Source: Nemertoderma westbladi (taxonomy: Eukaryota; Animalia; Xenacoelomorpha). Taken from it: a DNA stretch of 52,670 nucleotides. Positions 1-11,710 of this stretch are shown here, one piece after another. The first letter of the stretch is position 1; each line of letters opens with the position of its first letter. The notes below the pieces were generated by a model. That model saw nothing but the letters and a program-made list of their open reading frames with translations. It had not been told where the DNA came from and searched no databases. The position numbers and the translations under genes were made by a program. The DNA is taken from positions 1 to 52,670 of the forward strand of contig JAUCBJ010006512.1 of NCBI GenBank assembly GCA_032718475.1. Reading direction: 5' to 3'.

Positions 1-238
1 TAGTATATTACTGTGTTAGGCGGATAATTAACTGCATGGTGAGTTGATAGAATAATGATTAAAGTGTCTAAAGATGAATAAAAAAATTAATCTACCATTG
101 AAAACCATTAGACTATGGCAGTATGGCAGTATGGCGTCTTTCTACCACTGACTTGGGTTCCGGAAGAATTAATCAATCAGTCAGGTAGAACGTGATGCAT
201 TGGTTGACACCTGACAGGTAGGCCCACTGAGCCTTAGC

Positions 239-305
239 CAAGGCCTACTAAAAGTAATAACTCCTACTCTAATAACTCTAACTCTAACTCTTTTAGTATG
301 CCTTG
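239..305. mobile_element. 67-bp P-element-like MITE
   Basis: TIRs CAAGGCCTACTAAAAG / CTTTTAGTATGCCTTG (1 mismatch). 8-bp TSD GCCTTAGC at 231-238 and 306-313. CA(A/T)RG termini with an 8-bp TSD fit the P superfamily. Confidence 0.75.
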
Positions 306-605
306 GCCTTAGCCTAGCACCTAGCATCTGGCATCCACCACTACCAGACTACAGTATCCAAGCACTAACTGGAACATTACATTTTCACACACACGCTCAC
401 ACCAGTAGGCCTACATACTGACATAACAGCATAAGTACAGTTCAGAAGTTCTGCAAGTTATTTAGTTTGTGGGTGTTCACTTTCCTATTTTTAATGGTTC
501 AAATTTCCCGCTATAATGTTTCAACAATCTGATTCGATGATAACATTGGTGTGTGTGATAAAAGCTTTCTATTTGAACTACAACTGTCAAATTTCTTACT
601 TTTAG

Positions 606-787
606 CCGGGTTTAAACGATGACACAAAGTCTTATTACAAAGGTGAACTGAAAATTTCTCTGTGTTTCCAACCAAAGAAGAATACTGGATCCTTAACTGA
701 TTGGGGAAGTCTAATTGTTCACATCATGGAAGCAAAGAATATTACCGCTGCTCGAAGCAACAATTCATCAGATTCATTTGTCAAGGG
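606..787 (+). CDS. Exon of synaptotagmin-like protein (SYTL4/5, bitesize-like), start of C2B domain; gene extends 5' beyond the window
   Basis: tttag| acceptor and |gtaagt donor. Reads PGLNDDTKSYYKGELKISLCFQP...GSLIVHIMEAKNITAARSNNSSDSFVKG and joins in phase (GG+G) to the next exon. Confidence 0.85.
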
Positions 788-1184
788 GTAAGTTTGGTGA
801 ACCAATATACTGTACTTAGGGACTACCGGACGCCTCATTTTTTCTATGACGGGGTGCATGCATATTTTCTTCTATAATATTTTATTAGAAAAGTGAAATA
901 TTAAATATCTCCGTACCGTATGTACTGTAGTACAGGATGTACAGTACGTGGTATGATGAGACAGTTGAGACTAATAGACAAATAGGAGACTGTCAATCTT
1001 CAAAAGCACCTCCAGGAGCTAGGCTTCTTAGTCTTAGTTAATTATTTATCTTCCCTTTCAAGGTTTAATATATTATTACAACTATTGACGCATTTAACTT
1101 GACTGTAGTTCCAACCTTGTTTTCTATCAGTTTTGTTTCGAAAGTTCGGCAATTAACAAAATAATTTTCTGATCAATCTTTTAG

Positions 1185-1396
1185 GTATTTGCTACCGGAA
1201 CGATCGAAAGTATCCAAGAGAAAAACCCAAGTTGTTAAAAAGACATTGAATCCATCCTGGGATCATAAGTTCAACTACGATAACATGACACGTGGCGACA
1301 TGGTAGAACGTGTTCTAGAACTATCATTGTGGGACAGTGGTGACCGGTTTAGTAGTAACGACTTTCTGGGAGGATTAAGACTCGGCACAGGCGTAG
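1185..1396 (+). CDS. Exon of synaptotagmin-like protein, C2B core
   Basis: ttttag| acceptor and |gtaagc donor. YLLPERSKVSKRKTQVVKKTLNPSWDHKF...LELSLWDSGDRFSSNDFLGGLRLGTG is a typical Slp-family C2B. Confidence 0.9.
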
Positions 1397-1755
1397 GTAA
1401 GCTGATCACAGTGTAGTCGAGTTAATCAAGCATAAAACCACCTAAAAGTAAGTGGCAATCAATCCGAACCACATATTTGGAATTATTAGGTATTAGGCCT
1501 ACAGTACCTTAGTACCCTAATGCCCAAAAATGTATATAAAAATATTTTTATTTCCACTCCCTGGTTGTGTATGTAAGTTGTGTTAATAAGCTTCCTGTAC
1601 CAATAATTAAACTGATTAAATTATTAGAAAAAATGTCGTTCCTCTGGAATTTAAACTGAATTTGTAACTATTGAATATAGGCCTACTGTAGGAATGCATG
1701 ATATTGATTCATGATATTGTTGTCACTAATTAGTAGACCTGCGTGTACGATTTTA

Positions 1756-2208
1756 TCAATATTCACAATACCAAGGCAGTTCCACTCGATTGTCATCTCT
1801 ATCCTCCTCAACCTCCGCCCTGACCTGCCGTGTAACTTTGTCCTGAAGAGATACGACTTTCTTTACTAAACCATCGAGAAGGTTGGATCTCACCGCTGTG
1901 TGGGCCGGCTCGCGACAAGATGGACAACTCCGCTCTCGTTTCAACCAGACCGCCACACAATGACGACAGAACGAATGTGAACAGCTGAGATGCACCGGCT
2001 CAATTAACACCTCCAAACAAATGGAACATTCCAACTCCCTCTCGAGGTCTAGAAACATCACGACTTCTTCCGACGACATACTTTTAGTATTTATATTCCC
2101 TCCATCGCTAGATTTTTTCAACTTTAAACTATCTTTCTTTTCTACTTTTGCTTTAGGTTCCCCTCCACTATCATCAAGCTTAGAATTCCCCTTTCGTTTT
2201 CGGTTCAT
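1756..2208 (-). CDS. Intronless C3HC4 RING-finger protein resembling the C-terminus of RNF8 (no FHA domain)
   Basis: LERELECSIC...LSCSHSFCRHC...W...CPSCR followed by SNLLDGLVKKVV, similar to the RNF8 RING and its following helix. Basic N-terminus; AATAAA on the minus strand near 1547-1552. Confidence 0.75.
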   Translation of the reverse strand: MNRKRKGNSKLDDSGGEPKAKVEKKDSLKLKKSSDGGNINTKSMSSEEVVMFLDLERELECSICLEVLIEPVHLSCSHSFCRHCVAVWLKRERSCPSCREPAHTAVRSNLLDGLVKKVVSLQDKVTRQVRAEVEEDRDDNRVELPWYCEY

Positions 2209-2509
2209 TTTATATTTAATTATTATAACTATAAATTAGTATCATATGTTGGTAACAGTTCCGTTTGTATTAACATTTTGTTAAAAAAATTGCATGCTAG
2301 CTAGTTTTTGCTAGATTTTTAATGTATTCTAGAAGATGTTAGCTATTCATTTTAAAAATGATCTAGAATAAATATTTTTTGTTTTGAACATTTCCGTATG
2401 TTGTATAAGGTTAAGAAAAAAAACGCATAATACATTTTATTTATTGTAAGTCACTTTTTTTTGTCAAAGTCGTTAACAAGTTCGACAAAAAAAGAAAACT
2501 TTTTTGTCT

Positions 2510-4143
2510 ACAGTAATTATTTATTGCATGGGAAAAAAAGTATAACTTTTTTTTCACTATTCACAACGAGGTTAATATAGGGTCGAGAGAATATTGAAAA
2601 AAAATTGTTCTACGTTTTTTTTCCCCATGTAATACGTAATTTTATTCTTAAATTGATACTTTTTTGTTGCTTACTGTAATTCTTTATTAAAACGTACAGC
2701 GATATAGTGTTACAAAATAAATTGAACTGTGTAGTATTTTACTATATTGCTTCATAGTTTCAGCGATTCCAATTATTGTAGGCCTACTCTTCAACTCCTG
2801 GTGGTGCCTATCTCAATGTTAAATAATTTAGTATTCTCGAATAATTATTACGTAACTATGTAGAGAGCCGCTTAACAACATTAAACCAATATTGGATATT
2901 GAGTTTCGTTTTGGAGTACGTCTTGCAGACACTAAAGTTGCAATAACTTGTGAATGGATTTTACTCAAATTACGTGCAAACATGATGACAATCACAATCA
3001 AACAATCGATGCTCTTTCAACAGGATTTATGAAATTTAACAAAAAATATTTTATTTTACTTTTTTCGCCGGGAAAAAAATTAAAATCAATGCAATCCCTA
3101 TGTGTTACTTTTTTCCATAGGGAAAAAAAGTTAACTTTTTCCCCCGATTTTGGGGTAAATTCGAGTGAAAAGGTAACAATAAAAAAAGTAATGTTGAATT
3201 AAATTTCAAAGTAATTTCCATGACATTGATTTTGTCACTGGTTAAAATACAGGGGACCCTCCTGAATGCAGACAGCATTCAGAAGCAAATACTATTTTAT
3301 GTCTTGCTTTATATATATCGCTCGCAAAAAAGTCTACATTTTTGCCACCACTTAAATAGTTAGGCATTGGTACACATTGGGTACCCATAGGTATTGTTTT
3401 TTCATGTTAGTTTGTTTCTAAATGCTACTTGCTAACTGCTTTTAAAATAGGCACTAGGGCCCACAGCAGTACGATATGTGACTAATTGTTACGGAATATT
3501 ATGCAACAGTTAAATTATAATATATCAATGTTTTCACAAATTTTATTATTTCAAAATATACAGCTAGTAAAAGTAGCCCATATTTTATGCTTGTAGAATT
3601 GTGTAACATTCATGGCACCGTTTTGTTGGGTAGGTTTTGTAACTAATTTTGAATTTTTTATAATTAGATAATTTTATGGTAATTGTTAGCTATAGCTAAC
3701 ACGTGTTCTATAACAATTATAAAAAATTAGCAAAAACTAGCTAGTATAAAAAATCAATGTCATGGAAATTACTTTGAAATTTAATTCAACATTACTTTAC
3801 AAAATAAATATTCGAGAACACTAAATTTTTTTAACGTTGAGTAAGGCAACATCGAGAAATGGAGAGCACAATAATCTTAATCGCAGTAACTATGGAAGCA
3901 ATATAGTAAAATACTGCAGTTCAATTTATTTTGTAACACAACTGTACTGTAGTATATCGCTGTTATATTACATACTTTAGCAACAAAAAAGTACCTATTT
4001 AAGAATAAAATTACGTATTACATGGGAAAAAAAACCCTTTATTATCGACCCTTTATTAACCTCGCAGTCGCTCGGTAAATAAAATGCATCGAGTATAATG
4101 AAAAAAAGTTCTAGTTTTTTTACCATGTAATAAATAATTATTA
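2510..4143. repeat. Diverged inverted repeat arms (~2510-2845 vs ~3805-4143; 3184-3231 vs 3751-3798)
   Basis: Matching blocks in opposite orientation, e.g. CCCATGTAATACGTAATTTTATTCTTAAAT vs ATTTAAGAATAAAATTACGTATTACATGGG. A related stretch to ~2330-2390 recurs near 52450-52520. Confidence 0.7.
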
Positions 4144-4904
4144 GTTAACAAGTGTTATTTACAACCTTCATATAAACCATAACAAAAAATGAAAAAATCA
4201 TTTTAACCACCTAATTTAAAACTCACTGCATTGATTGGCCTATTTGTTGTTACAAATGATGTATACAGGGGGCGGGGGCTACAACACTTATCAAAAACAA
4301 AAATCAAGATTAATCTTTTTAACTATCTAATAAATAATCACTAACTAGCTCCAGAGTTGTTGCTATGCCGTAGATGAATTTAATTTAAGTAAAATGCGGA
4401 TCACTTTCAATTTTCTGTGTCTTTCCTTAGCAACATGGATTTTACATAGCAACAAATACAATTTTATTGACTTTTTTGGTCATTAACAAGGTAATAGAAT
4501 CCAAAATATGTGGTTCGGATTGATTGCCAAATATTGGGTTTTTTGCTTGATTGACTCTACTATTAATTTCATAATTTTATTTTTAAATTCTTAGGCCCCC
4601 CTTACACGGAGCAACTTGTTACTCTTTTGAACGAATTATACTCCAAAATCGGGAGAAAATTAGTAACAAATCCGCACGTAAATCAAACAAATTGGTTGAA
4701 AAAATTATGGAGTTGCATTTTGAGTAGCGCAAAACGAGAACTAATAATTCCGAGTAAAATGCATTTAAATTTAAACCTTCACGCGCAAAATTGCCAGTCT
4801 GTATCTAACTGCCGATATGTAATAATTATATAGTAATAATTAATAATAATAAGTATTTTATGAAAGGTATTTTAAGTTATTTAAGGAAGCAGACAGCTGC
4901 AATT

Positions 4905-5280
4905 TTCGTGGTCGGTTATTTAATTTCTGATATCAGTTTTCATTTTCATAATCTAGTCTACCTGGCTGTCTGTCAGAATGTCCGCTTGTCTGTTTGTTTG
5001 TACGACAAAATATAATAAAAAACACGACATGGCTAAAATTGCGCTATGGGGGTTTTCACGGTCGGTGATTTCATTTCCGACCACAGTTTTGTGGTCTGCT
5101 GTAACCTTGTGTGTCAATCTGGCTGTATGTTGGTCGGCCTGTCTGTTGGCATATACCAGTATACCTGCCAACATATATAAAGACACGACCTTGCTAAAAC
5201 TTTCAGTGTGGTATTTTGAGGTCGCTGATTTCACTACCGATGTCAGTTTTGAAGATGGTAGTTTGTCTGTTTGTCGGGAA
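4905..5280. repeat. ~2.5 diverged copies of a ~155-bp tandem unit (possibly Helitron/Helentron-type internal repeats)
   Basis: A GGTCG(G/C)T(T/G)ATTT..CAGTTTT block recurs near 4910, 5060 and 5220; ACACGAC..GCTAAAA recurs near 5022 and 5183. The family assignment is inference. Confidence 0.5.
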
Positions 5281-5566
5281 ACACATTTTTTTCAATATGT
5301 AATAATTGAAAATAAATATCATTTCCGATAACAAATATGCCTACAATTTAGATGATTATGGCATTGTAAATAGAAAATTAGAAAATAAATATTTTCTCAA
5401 CCCCGTTGGCCGTTTCAGATATTTATTCAGATACAGACTATTATATTCAAATCACATATAGAAATAATTGCACTTAATAAAAATAAATCACAATCTTAAT
5501 ATGAAGATATCTCAGCTATTAATACAAGGACCACAAGACAATAAATATTCAAATAATAGTTGAATC

Positions 5567-7240
5567 TTAGCTGGAACCCTCAGCTGAGAAGCTAAGTACG
5601 GGAATCTTATACCGTTCGCGGGGCTGTTGGTTCCGCTCGTTGGAGCCACCCAGCTGATCCCCATACAAGCGACGCATCTCCGATTTGAGTCTCTCCAACG
5701 TCTGTCCGGGATTGCTGCCAACCCCCTCGAGGTCCCCCCCACTCCGCCCCCCGACGTCCCCCCCACCCCGCCCCCCGACGTCCCCCCCACCCCGCCCCCT
5801 GACGTCCCCCTTGCCCCCCGTCTCGGACGAGGGGGACGACACATTGTACATTCGTAACAATTGGCCGTAGAACTCCAACTTTGGGTGGAACACCGCTAAT
5901 AGTTTCTGCGCCGCCGAGTTCTTAGCGATGCGTTTATTCTTCCCCGTTGCCACCGCAGTCTGCCCCCCATATACCGTTGTAACGCGCCACAGTTTTTTGC
6001 GACCCTCAGTGAGCACACGACACGAGACATCCAAGGTTGTGTCTCCCAATAGGAATTCGTGATTGTTAACGAAAATCCGCAGAAGACCCGAAGGTTGGAC
6101 GACATTCTTAGCTGAGCAAAATGAATCGAGCCGCGGTTCGGTGATGGCGACGGAATCGAAGTAACTCCGCGCGTCCGTGGAACCCTGCATGGCATTCCAG
6201 ACCTCGGGAGCCAGCAGAGACAGCGCTCGGTTGGCCGCGTTCGTTTTAGCCGCGCGTTTCGACTCCCCGATATCGCAGATATCATCAGCGCCGTTCGCGA
6301 ATATGACGGTGCAACGGAAGGGGTTCTCGTCGGAAGAATCCCCTGAGAGTTCCGTCTTTAACGTCATTGTCGTTCCCATGGCGGCCGCCACGAACTCAGT
6401 AAGAATCGCCGTTGGCAACCGATTCTTAACCAATAAGGTTTTCTGTTTGCGGAATTTCTCTCCGGTCGTTGGGTTTACTGACTCCGTTACCAACTCGAGT
6501 TTGTTCGTCGTAGAATCATAAACCGTTGTCGACTTGACTACTGTATCGTCTTCTCGCTTTCGCTTCTGCGGGCATTGGGACCAATCCCGTTGTTTACATT
6601 TATATGTGGTTTCGGTGAATTTGAATCGCTTATCGATGTAATCTTCGACTTCTTGTTTACCGAATTTGGTTTCCTCCTCACGGAATATCCGCACGGATTG
6701 TTGATTGGACTCGCTGCCCTGGGGGAAGGCACTCTCCTCCGCCTGTTTGTACTGCAGACACGGGATAGCCTGTTTGGGAACCAGGTGCGATTTCATTCCA
6801 ATATCCGGTTCTAAGGAATAGGGTCGGGACCAAGTAAGAACCCGTGAGTCGACATGCAAGTACATTGGCATCCCGCACTGGTGGTAAACCAATCGCCAAC
6901 CGGGTGGCAGACGACAGCTCGCTGTCATTCCGTCCATTTCCTTCAATTTCTTCACAGTTCGCGTCACGAAAACAATATCCTCTTTCTCGGCGGATGTTTT
7001 GCCGTTCTCGGTATTTGTAGCAACATTAGTGTTATTTGAGTCTCCATCGTTACCAATAATGCCTTCTTCGCTAACTGCCTCTAACTCGTCATCATCGCTA
7101 CTGATATCATTGTCTTCTTCGTCGTCAGCTTCAATTGGGGACATATTGCTAGCTGCATCAGGATTGCTAGCTGCATCAGGAACATCAGACTGTGGCCAAT
7201 CCATGCACGGGTCAGATTCCGAAGGATTATCAACATCCAT
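5567..7240 (-). CDS. DGCR8: Intronless DGCR8/Pasha homolog (Microprocessor subunit): WW/Rhed heme domain, two dsRBDs, C-terminal Drosha-binding helix
   Basis: LPPGWRLVYHQCGMPMYLHVDSRVLTWSRPY...IPCLQY matches the DGCR8 WW and IPCL heme motif. dsRBD1 SKRAAKTNAA; dsRBD2 KNKRIAKNSAAQKLLAVFHP...GQLLRMY; CTT-like TLERLKSEMRRL. In-frame stop just upstream of the ATG; AATAAA on minus at 5422-5427. Confidence 0.9.
   Translation of the reverse strand: MDVDNPSESDPCMDWPQSDVPDAASNPDAASNMSPIEADDEEDNDISSDDDELEAVSEEGIIGNDGDSNNTNVATNTENGKTSAEKEDIVFVTRTVKKLKEMDGMTASCRLPPGWRLVYHQCGMPMYLHVDSRVLTWSRPYSLEPDIGMKSHLVPKQAIPCLQYKQAEESAFPQGSESNQQSVRIFREEETKFGKQEVEDYIDKRFKFTETTYKCKQRDWSQCPQKRKREDDTVVKSTTVYDSTTNKLELVTESVNPTTGEKFRKQKTLLVKNRLPTAILTEFVAAAMGTTMTLKTELSGDSSDENPFRCTVIFANGADDICDIGESKRAAKTNAANRALSLLAPEVWNAMQGSTDARSYFDSVAITEPRLDSFCSAKNVVQPSGLLRIFVNNHEFLLGDTTLDVSCRVLTEGRKKLWRVTTVYGGQTAVATGKNKRIAKNSAAQKLLAVFHPKLEFYGQLLRMYNVSSPSSETGGKGDVRGRGGGDVGGRGGGDVGGRSGGDLEGVGSNPGQTLERLKSEMRRLYGDQLGGSNERNQQPRERYKIPVLSFSAEGSS
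5732..5810. repeat. 24-bp GC-rich tandem repeat in the DGCR8 ORF encoding (GGDVGGRG)-like units
   Basis: About 3.3 copies of GTCCCCCCCACCCCGCCCCCCGAC, frame-preserving. Confidence 0.9.
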
Positions 7241-10200
7241 CTTAACTACGCTTAGCAGCTTAGTGTTTAACTAATGAAGAGCTGGAACAGTGGAACTGAG
7301 TACTACAGTACTATGCTACTATTGTACTAGGATTACTATGCTGTAATGCAGTTATGTTATGGACCGTAATGCTCATCAAAACTTTATGATGATGGATACT
7401 TAGCTTAGCATGTATGTAGCAGTCTACTCTGTACTCTACATGCTACACTGACACGACACCTTACTGCTTTAACACACCGACACAGGGCGATTCGATTAGA
7501 TTAAGATATTTTGTTGTTACGACGCGGACGCATCATGGGTCCAGGGGCCTAAAACTCAACTATACACCAATAATCTCTACCTGTACGCGGTACACTCAGT
7601 ACGGTCAGACGGTTCAGTACACCTCAGTTCAGTACAGTCTGGATCTGGAACGATCTACTAGTCAAGTCAGTGTTAAAACAGTAAAAGTGCACCAATGTAT
7701 CTATCTATATCGAAAGTTTTAAGTATCAAGTAAAAAATTATTATATGGACCACGTTGATATCAGTTAATATTCATATTTGGCTGTCGTGTATACTGTATA
7801 TGTCATAAACACTAAAGGATATTTTAATTTCAACTTATATGCCCATTTCTATTGTAATTTTAAATTATTTGACCAACCTTAATTAAAGTATATATGTTAA
7901 ATTATTTTACTAATATTTTACTCCTGTATTTTATTTGATATTCTATTTGCATATTTCTTATTTTACATAACTTGCATGACCTAATATAATACGATATGTT
8001 CATAATCTATGCTTTTAATTTTTTAATAACTAATATTGTTTGTACCAGTGTTTTGTAATTTTTTTTTTTTATATTTTTTTTATTGTTTTTTTTTTAATTT
8101 TTAGTAATAGTTTTTTTAATTAATAATAAATAATAATAAATTTTAATAATTTTTAGTTAGTAATACGCCTTTTTTTAAATAATGCATGCTATTTGTACTT
8201 AACCTTTTTATATCATCTGCCCGGAAATATACATGGAAATTCATTATTTTTAATATTTTAAAACTACTCTGCACTGAAAAAAAAACGATATTGTACTTAA
8301 ATCTAATTTTATTTAACTTTACTAGCACTTTTTGACTAGCACCTTATGAATATCCGTCACCATCAGAATTTCCACTTAATTAACCTACTTTACTTACCGA
8401 ATTTTTATTTATTTGACCTATCCTTATTTTTAATTTTAATTTTGCCAACCTTTTACTTGTAGGCCTACATAATTAGCCAACCATTGGCTACAATTAATTG
8501 TGATGTGACATTGCATGCAATTCCAAATATTTATTTTTAATGATTTATTTTTAGTTGATGGTACAAATATGAAATTAACCCTAGACCTGTTGTAATCTGC
8601 TATCGTACTTGCAGTAGATCTATTTGCACATTTCGTACATAACCCAATATTTTTTAGAGGACCCCCATGGAGATGAGGATATGCCTCATGGGGCTATCCT
8701 ACGAGACATATTTGTCGTTTTATACCATAACATAACTGCAGTATATTTATCTCGTATCAATATTTATCATATCAATATATTTTAGATATGCTATATTTAC
8801 CGGTATAACCCATTTGGTTGTTGTATTACTGTACTGTTGTACAGTTGTTGTATAAACCAATATCAATATCTACAGAAGCCTGGAAGAAGAGCTCCTTTTT
8901 TTCTAGAGGCTACGCCTACCAACCAGTTGTACCTGTAAACATTGTACGTAGTACCCTGGGCCTACTGTAGCTGAATTTGATTAGAGATTCAATGTTCATT
9001 TTAAATTTCATTCGCCATGGAAATAAGTTCATCCAAGCGCATAATAAGAGTTCCAGTTAATGCTCAAAATTACCACAAACACAAACTATAACGGTACGTT
9101 TATTACACGCAGTCTGGTGGTGGGTTTAAAAATTTAGGAATCAAAGAATTAGGGTATGAAAGAAGTGTAACACTGTAACATATACTGTAAGGAATAAGGA
9201 ATATTTATTTTATTTAAGGAATGTGCAGATTTTGGAATACAATTGTATTCCTAAATAAGAAACCCAAGTCAAAAAGTTATTATTTAGGGACTTTTGGTAT
9301 TTATTTTCGATTTCGATATCTTAAATAAGGTAAATTTCAAAAATCCCCCTTATTTAGGAACTAGTCGTATTTTTGATGCAATTTTAAAACGCTTGTAGAA
9401 AAAAAACCGGACGGTGAAATGTTTTCTGGTTTTTTGCTTTATGTTCAAGAAAGACCCAACTTTTACATTGTGAAATAAAATTATGCGGTATTTTTTCCTG
9501 AAACAAGTTATTGCATATTATATCGAAAAAATATCCAAAAAAGGCCCAAAAACCCCTAAATAAGAGCCATTTTCCTTAAATAAGAACCCACTTTTGGAGC
9601 TCATTTAAGGGTATGTTCACAGCCGCATTAACTGCTGAACTGTATACCAGAGCAGAAACTAGACATTGCAGCATTGACAGATTGACATTTCAGCATTTAC
9701 CGCTTACCAGCACACCAGCATCTGAACTCCTGGTTGGTAGTTTGTTTGCAATGCTTGCGATTTTGAAATTCCCGCTGAAACCAATAGGCTTGGGGGGGGG
9801 GGGGGGGGGGTTAGTCGAATTTGGGCCAAAAAATTAAAAATTGTAAGAATATCCCATCTGAATCAGAATGTAAATGGTGATTCCAAATCTAAAAACAGTT
9901 TTTCATATCTTGTTTCGTTCACGAGATATCATGTGTGAAGTACGGGTAGTCTCTAATGTTGCGATATAACTATAAATCGCTAAATCGTATTCTCCCACTC
10001 CCGTGAATGACTGCGAACAACTACTGTGAATTAGAGTCACATAATAATGGATACTGTAATGAGTAGAATGCCAATACTTGTTATATGCACTAAAACATGG
10101 GTGCTGAATTCAAAAATAAATTCTAAAATATCTTACAATTGACACAAATATGATTTTCTTAGCAAATTTTTAGTTCGTCATTTTTCTTTCGTTGAAACTT

Positions 10201-11174
10201 TAAATATTATAATTAGTATGTGTAGGTAAGCTAGAAGTAACCTATTGATGTAATACTGTAATACACCCCCCCCCCCCCCCAGATTTTTCTACAAATCTTT
10301 ATCATATTGTTGGAAATTTGAAACACAACTACAGTAGTTCAACTCACCGTGGTTGTTACCATGAAGCCGGGATTTTCGATTTCGCCTTTAAATTGTATTT
10401 ATGAGCGTTTTAAAAAAGGTGTCTTTTGCGAAATCGCACCCTCTGTATCATTGCCATTCTTCACTTTAGTCGTAATTTTTTCACATCAATAGAAAGCTTG
10501 CGTTGAAAGGATTCCAAATATGTAGCAATATCTGAATTTCATTGAGAAACAGCACTGAAAATTCCCTTTAAAATGAGCCCTGAATGAGCTCTGTACGGAG
10601 GTAAAAAATGAATATTGTGAAACTTTTCCTCCGTTCTCCTGAAAAACTTAATTCCCCCAAAAACAATTATTCATACCCCAAATGCAATTTTTCAATCTCC
10701 CTAAAATAATTACTTGTCAACCAAAATAAATTCTTCCAGCACCAAATACAGTATTTTATGGAAAGTGTATTTATATGAATTCACTCATTATTTATTTAAA
10801 CCCTAAATTAAACTAAATTTTTAATCATATTATACCAACGATCAAAGACCAAAGATGCAATTATCCAATTATAAAGACCTACATAATCTTGTAACATATG
10901 TGTTAACCCAGTAACATTATTAACATAACATTGGTTCCCCCAACACGCCTCTTTAACCTGCTCCTTTACTAACCTGCTACTTTAAATGGCAATGCGACCT
11001 AACCCTCTTATGGCACCTGAAGCTCTTTGGGACCTAATGCGACTTTACCTCTTTCTTTGTACAGAACGGGCAGTAAAGTCTTGGGTCTTTGTTTTGTACT
11101 CACCCGACGATCCTCGTACCAATAGTCTGTAACTGAGATGAGAGTCTGTAACTAAGAGTCCGTTTATCTTGGTA

Positions 11175-11710
11175 GAATATTTGATTATTTTGGGGGAATA
11201 AGCATTTATTTTGGGGGAATACAGTATGTATTTATTTTGGGGAAAATATGTATTTATTTTGAGGGAATATGTATTTATTGTGGGGATTAAGTGTATATTT
11301 TGTCGGTTATTTATTAGTTATTTATTAAGTATATATTTATTTATGTATTATGTATTATTTTGGGGAAAAATGTATTTATTTTGGGAAAATTTATTTATTT
11401 TGGGAAAATTTGTATTTATTTTGGGGGGAAATGTATTTATTTTGGGAAAATTTGTATTTATTTTGGGAAAATTTGTATTTATTTTGGGAAAATTTGTATT
11501 TATTTTAGGGGATTTGTCATTTATTTTGGCGTGAATAATTGGTTTTGGGGAGCATTTATTTATTTTGGTGTTGAATAATTGTTTTGGAGTTTGAATAATT
11601 GTTTTTGGTGTGACTTTATTTTATTTGGTGTTGAATAATTTTTTGGGGTTACATTATTTCAATTGGTGTAATATAATTTTTTTGGTGAAATTTACATCAA
11701 TTTTGGTGTT
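11175..11710. repeat. 21-bp AT-rich minisatellite (TTTTGGGAAAATTTGTATTTA) with degenerate flanks
   Basis: Near-perfect copies at ~11360-11520. Inverted degenerate copies at ~10650-10750. Confidence 0.8.

Larger units (their letters stand above)
1414..4562. mobile_element. Old non-autonomous TIR DNA transposon with TAG...CTA termini (Academ-like), carrying a RING ORF
   Basis: ~70-bp imperfect TIRs: TAGTCGAGTTAATCAAGC...GGCAATCAATCCGAACCACATATTTGG (1414-1487) versus the reverse complement of 4494-4562. No clear TSD and no transposase; superfamily is tentative. Confidence 0.65.

Noticed and set aside
1189-1416. Stand-alone 75-aa C2 ORF
   Set aside because: It is an internal exon (1185-1396); the start and stop in the ORF track ignore splicing.
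5512-7274. Overlapping ORFs around DGCR8
   Set aside because: Shadow frames of a GC-rich coding sequence.
11211-11578. Hydrophobic repeat ORFs
   Set aside because: Translations of the 21-bp minisatellite.
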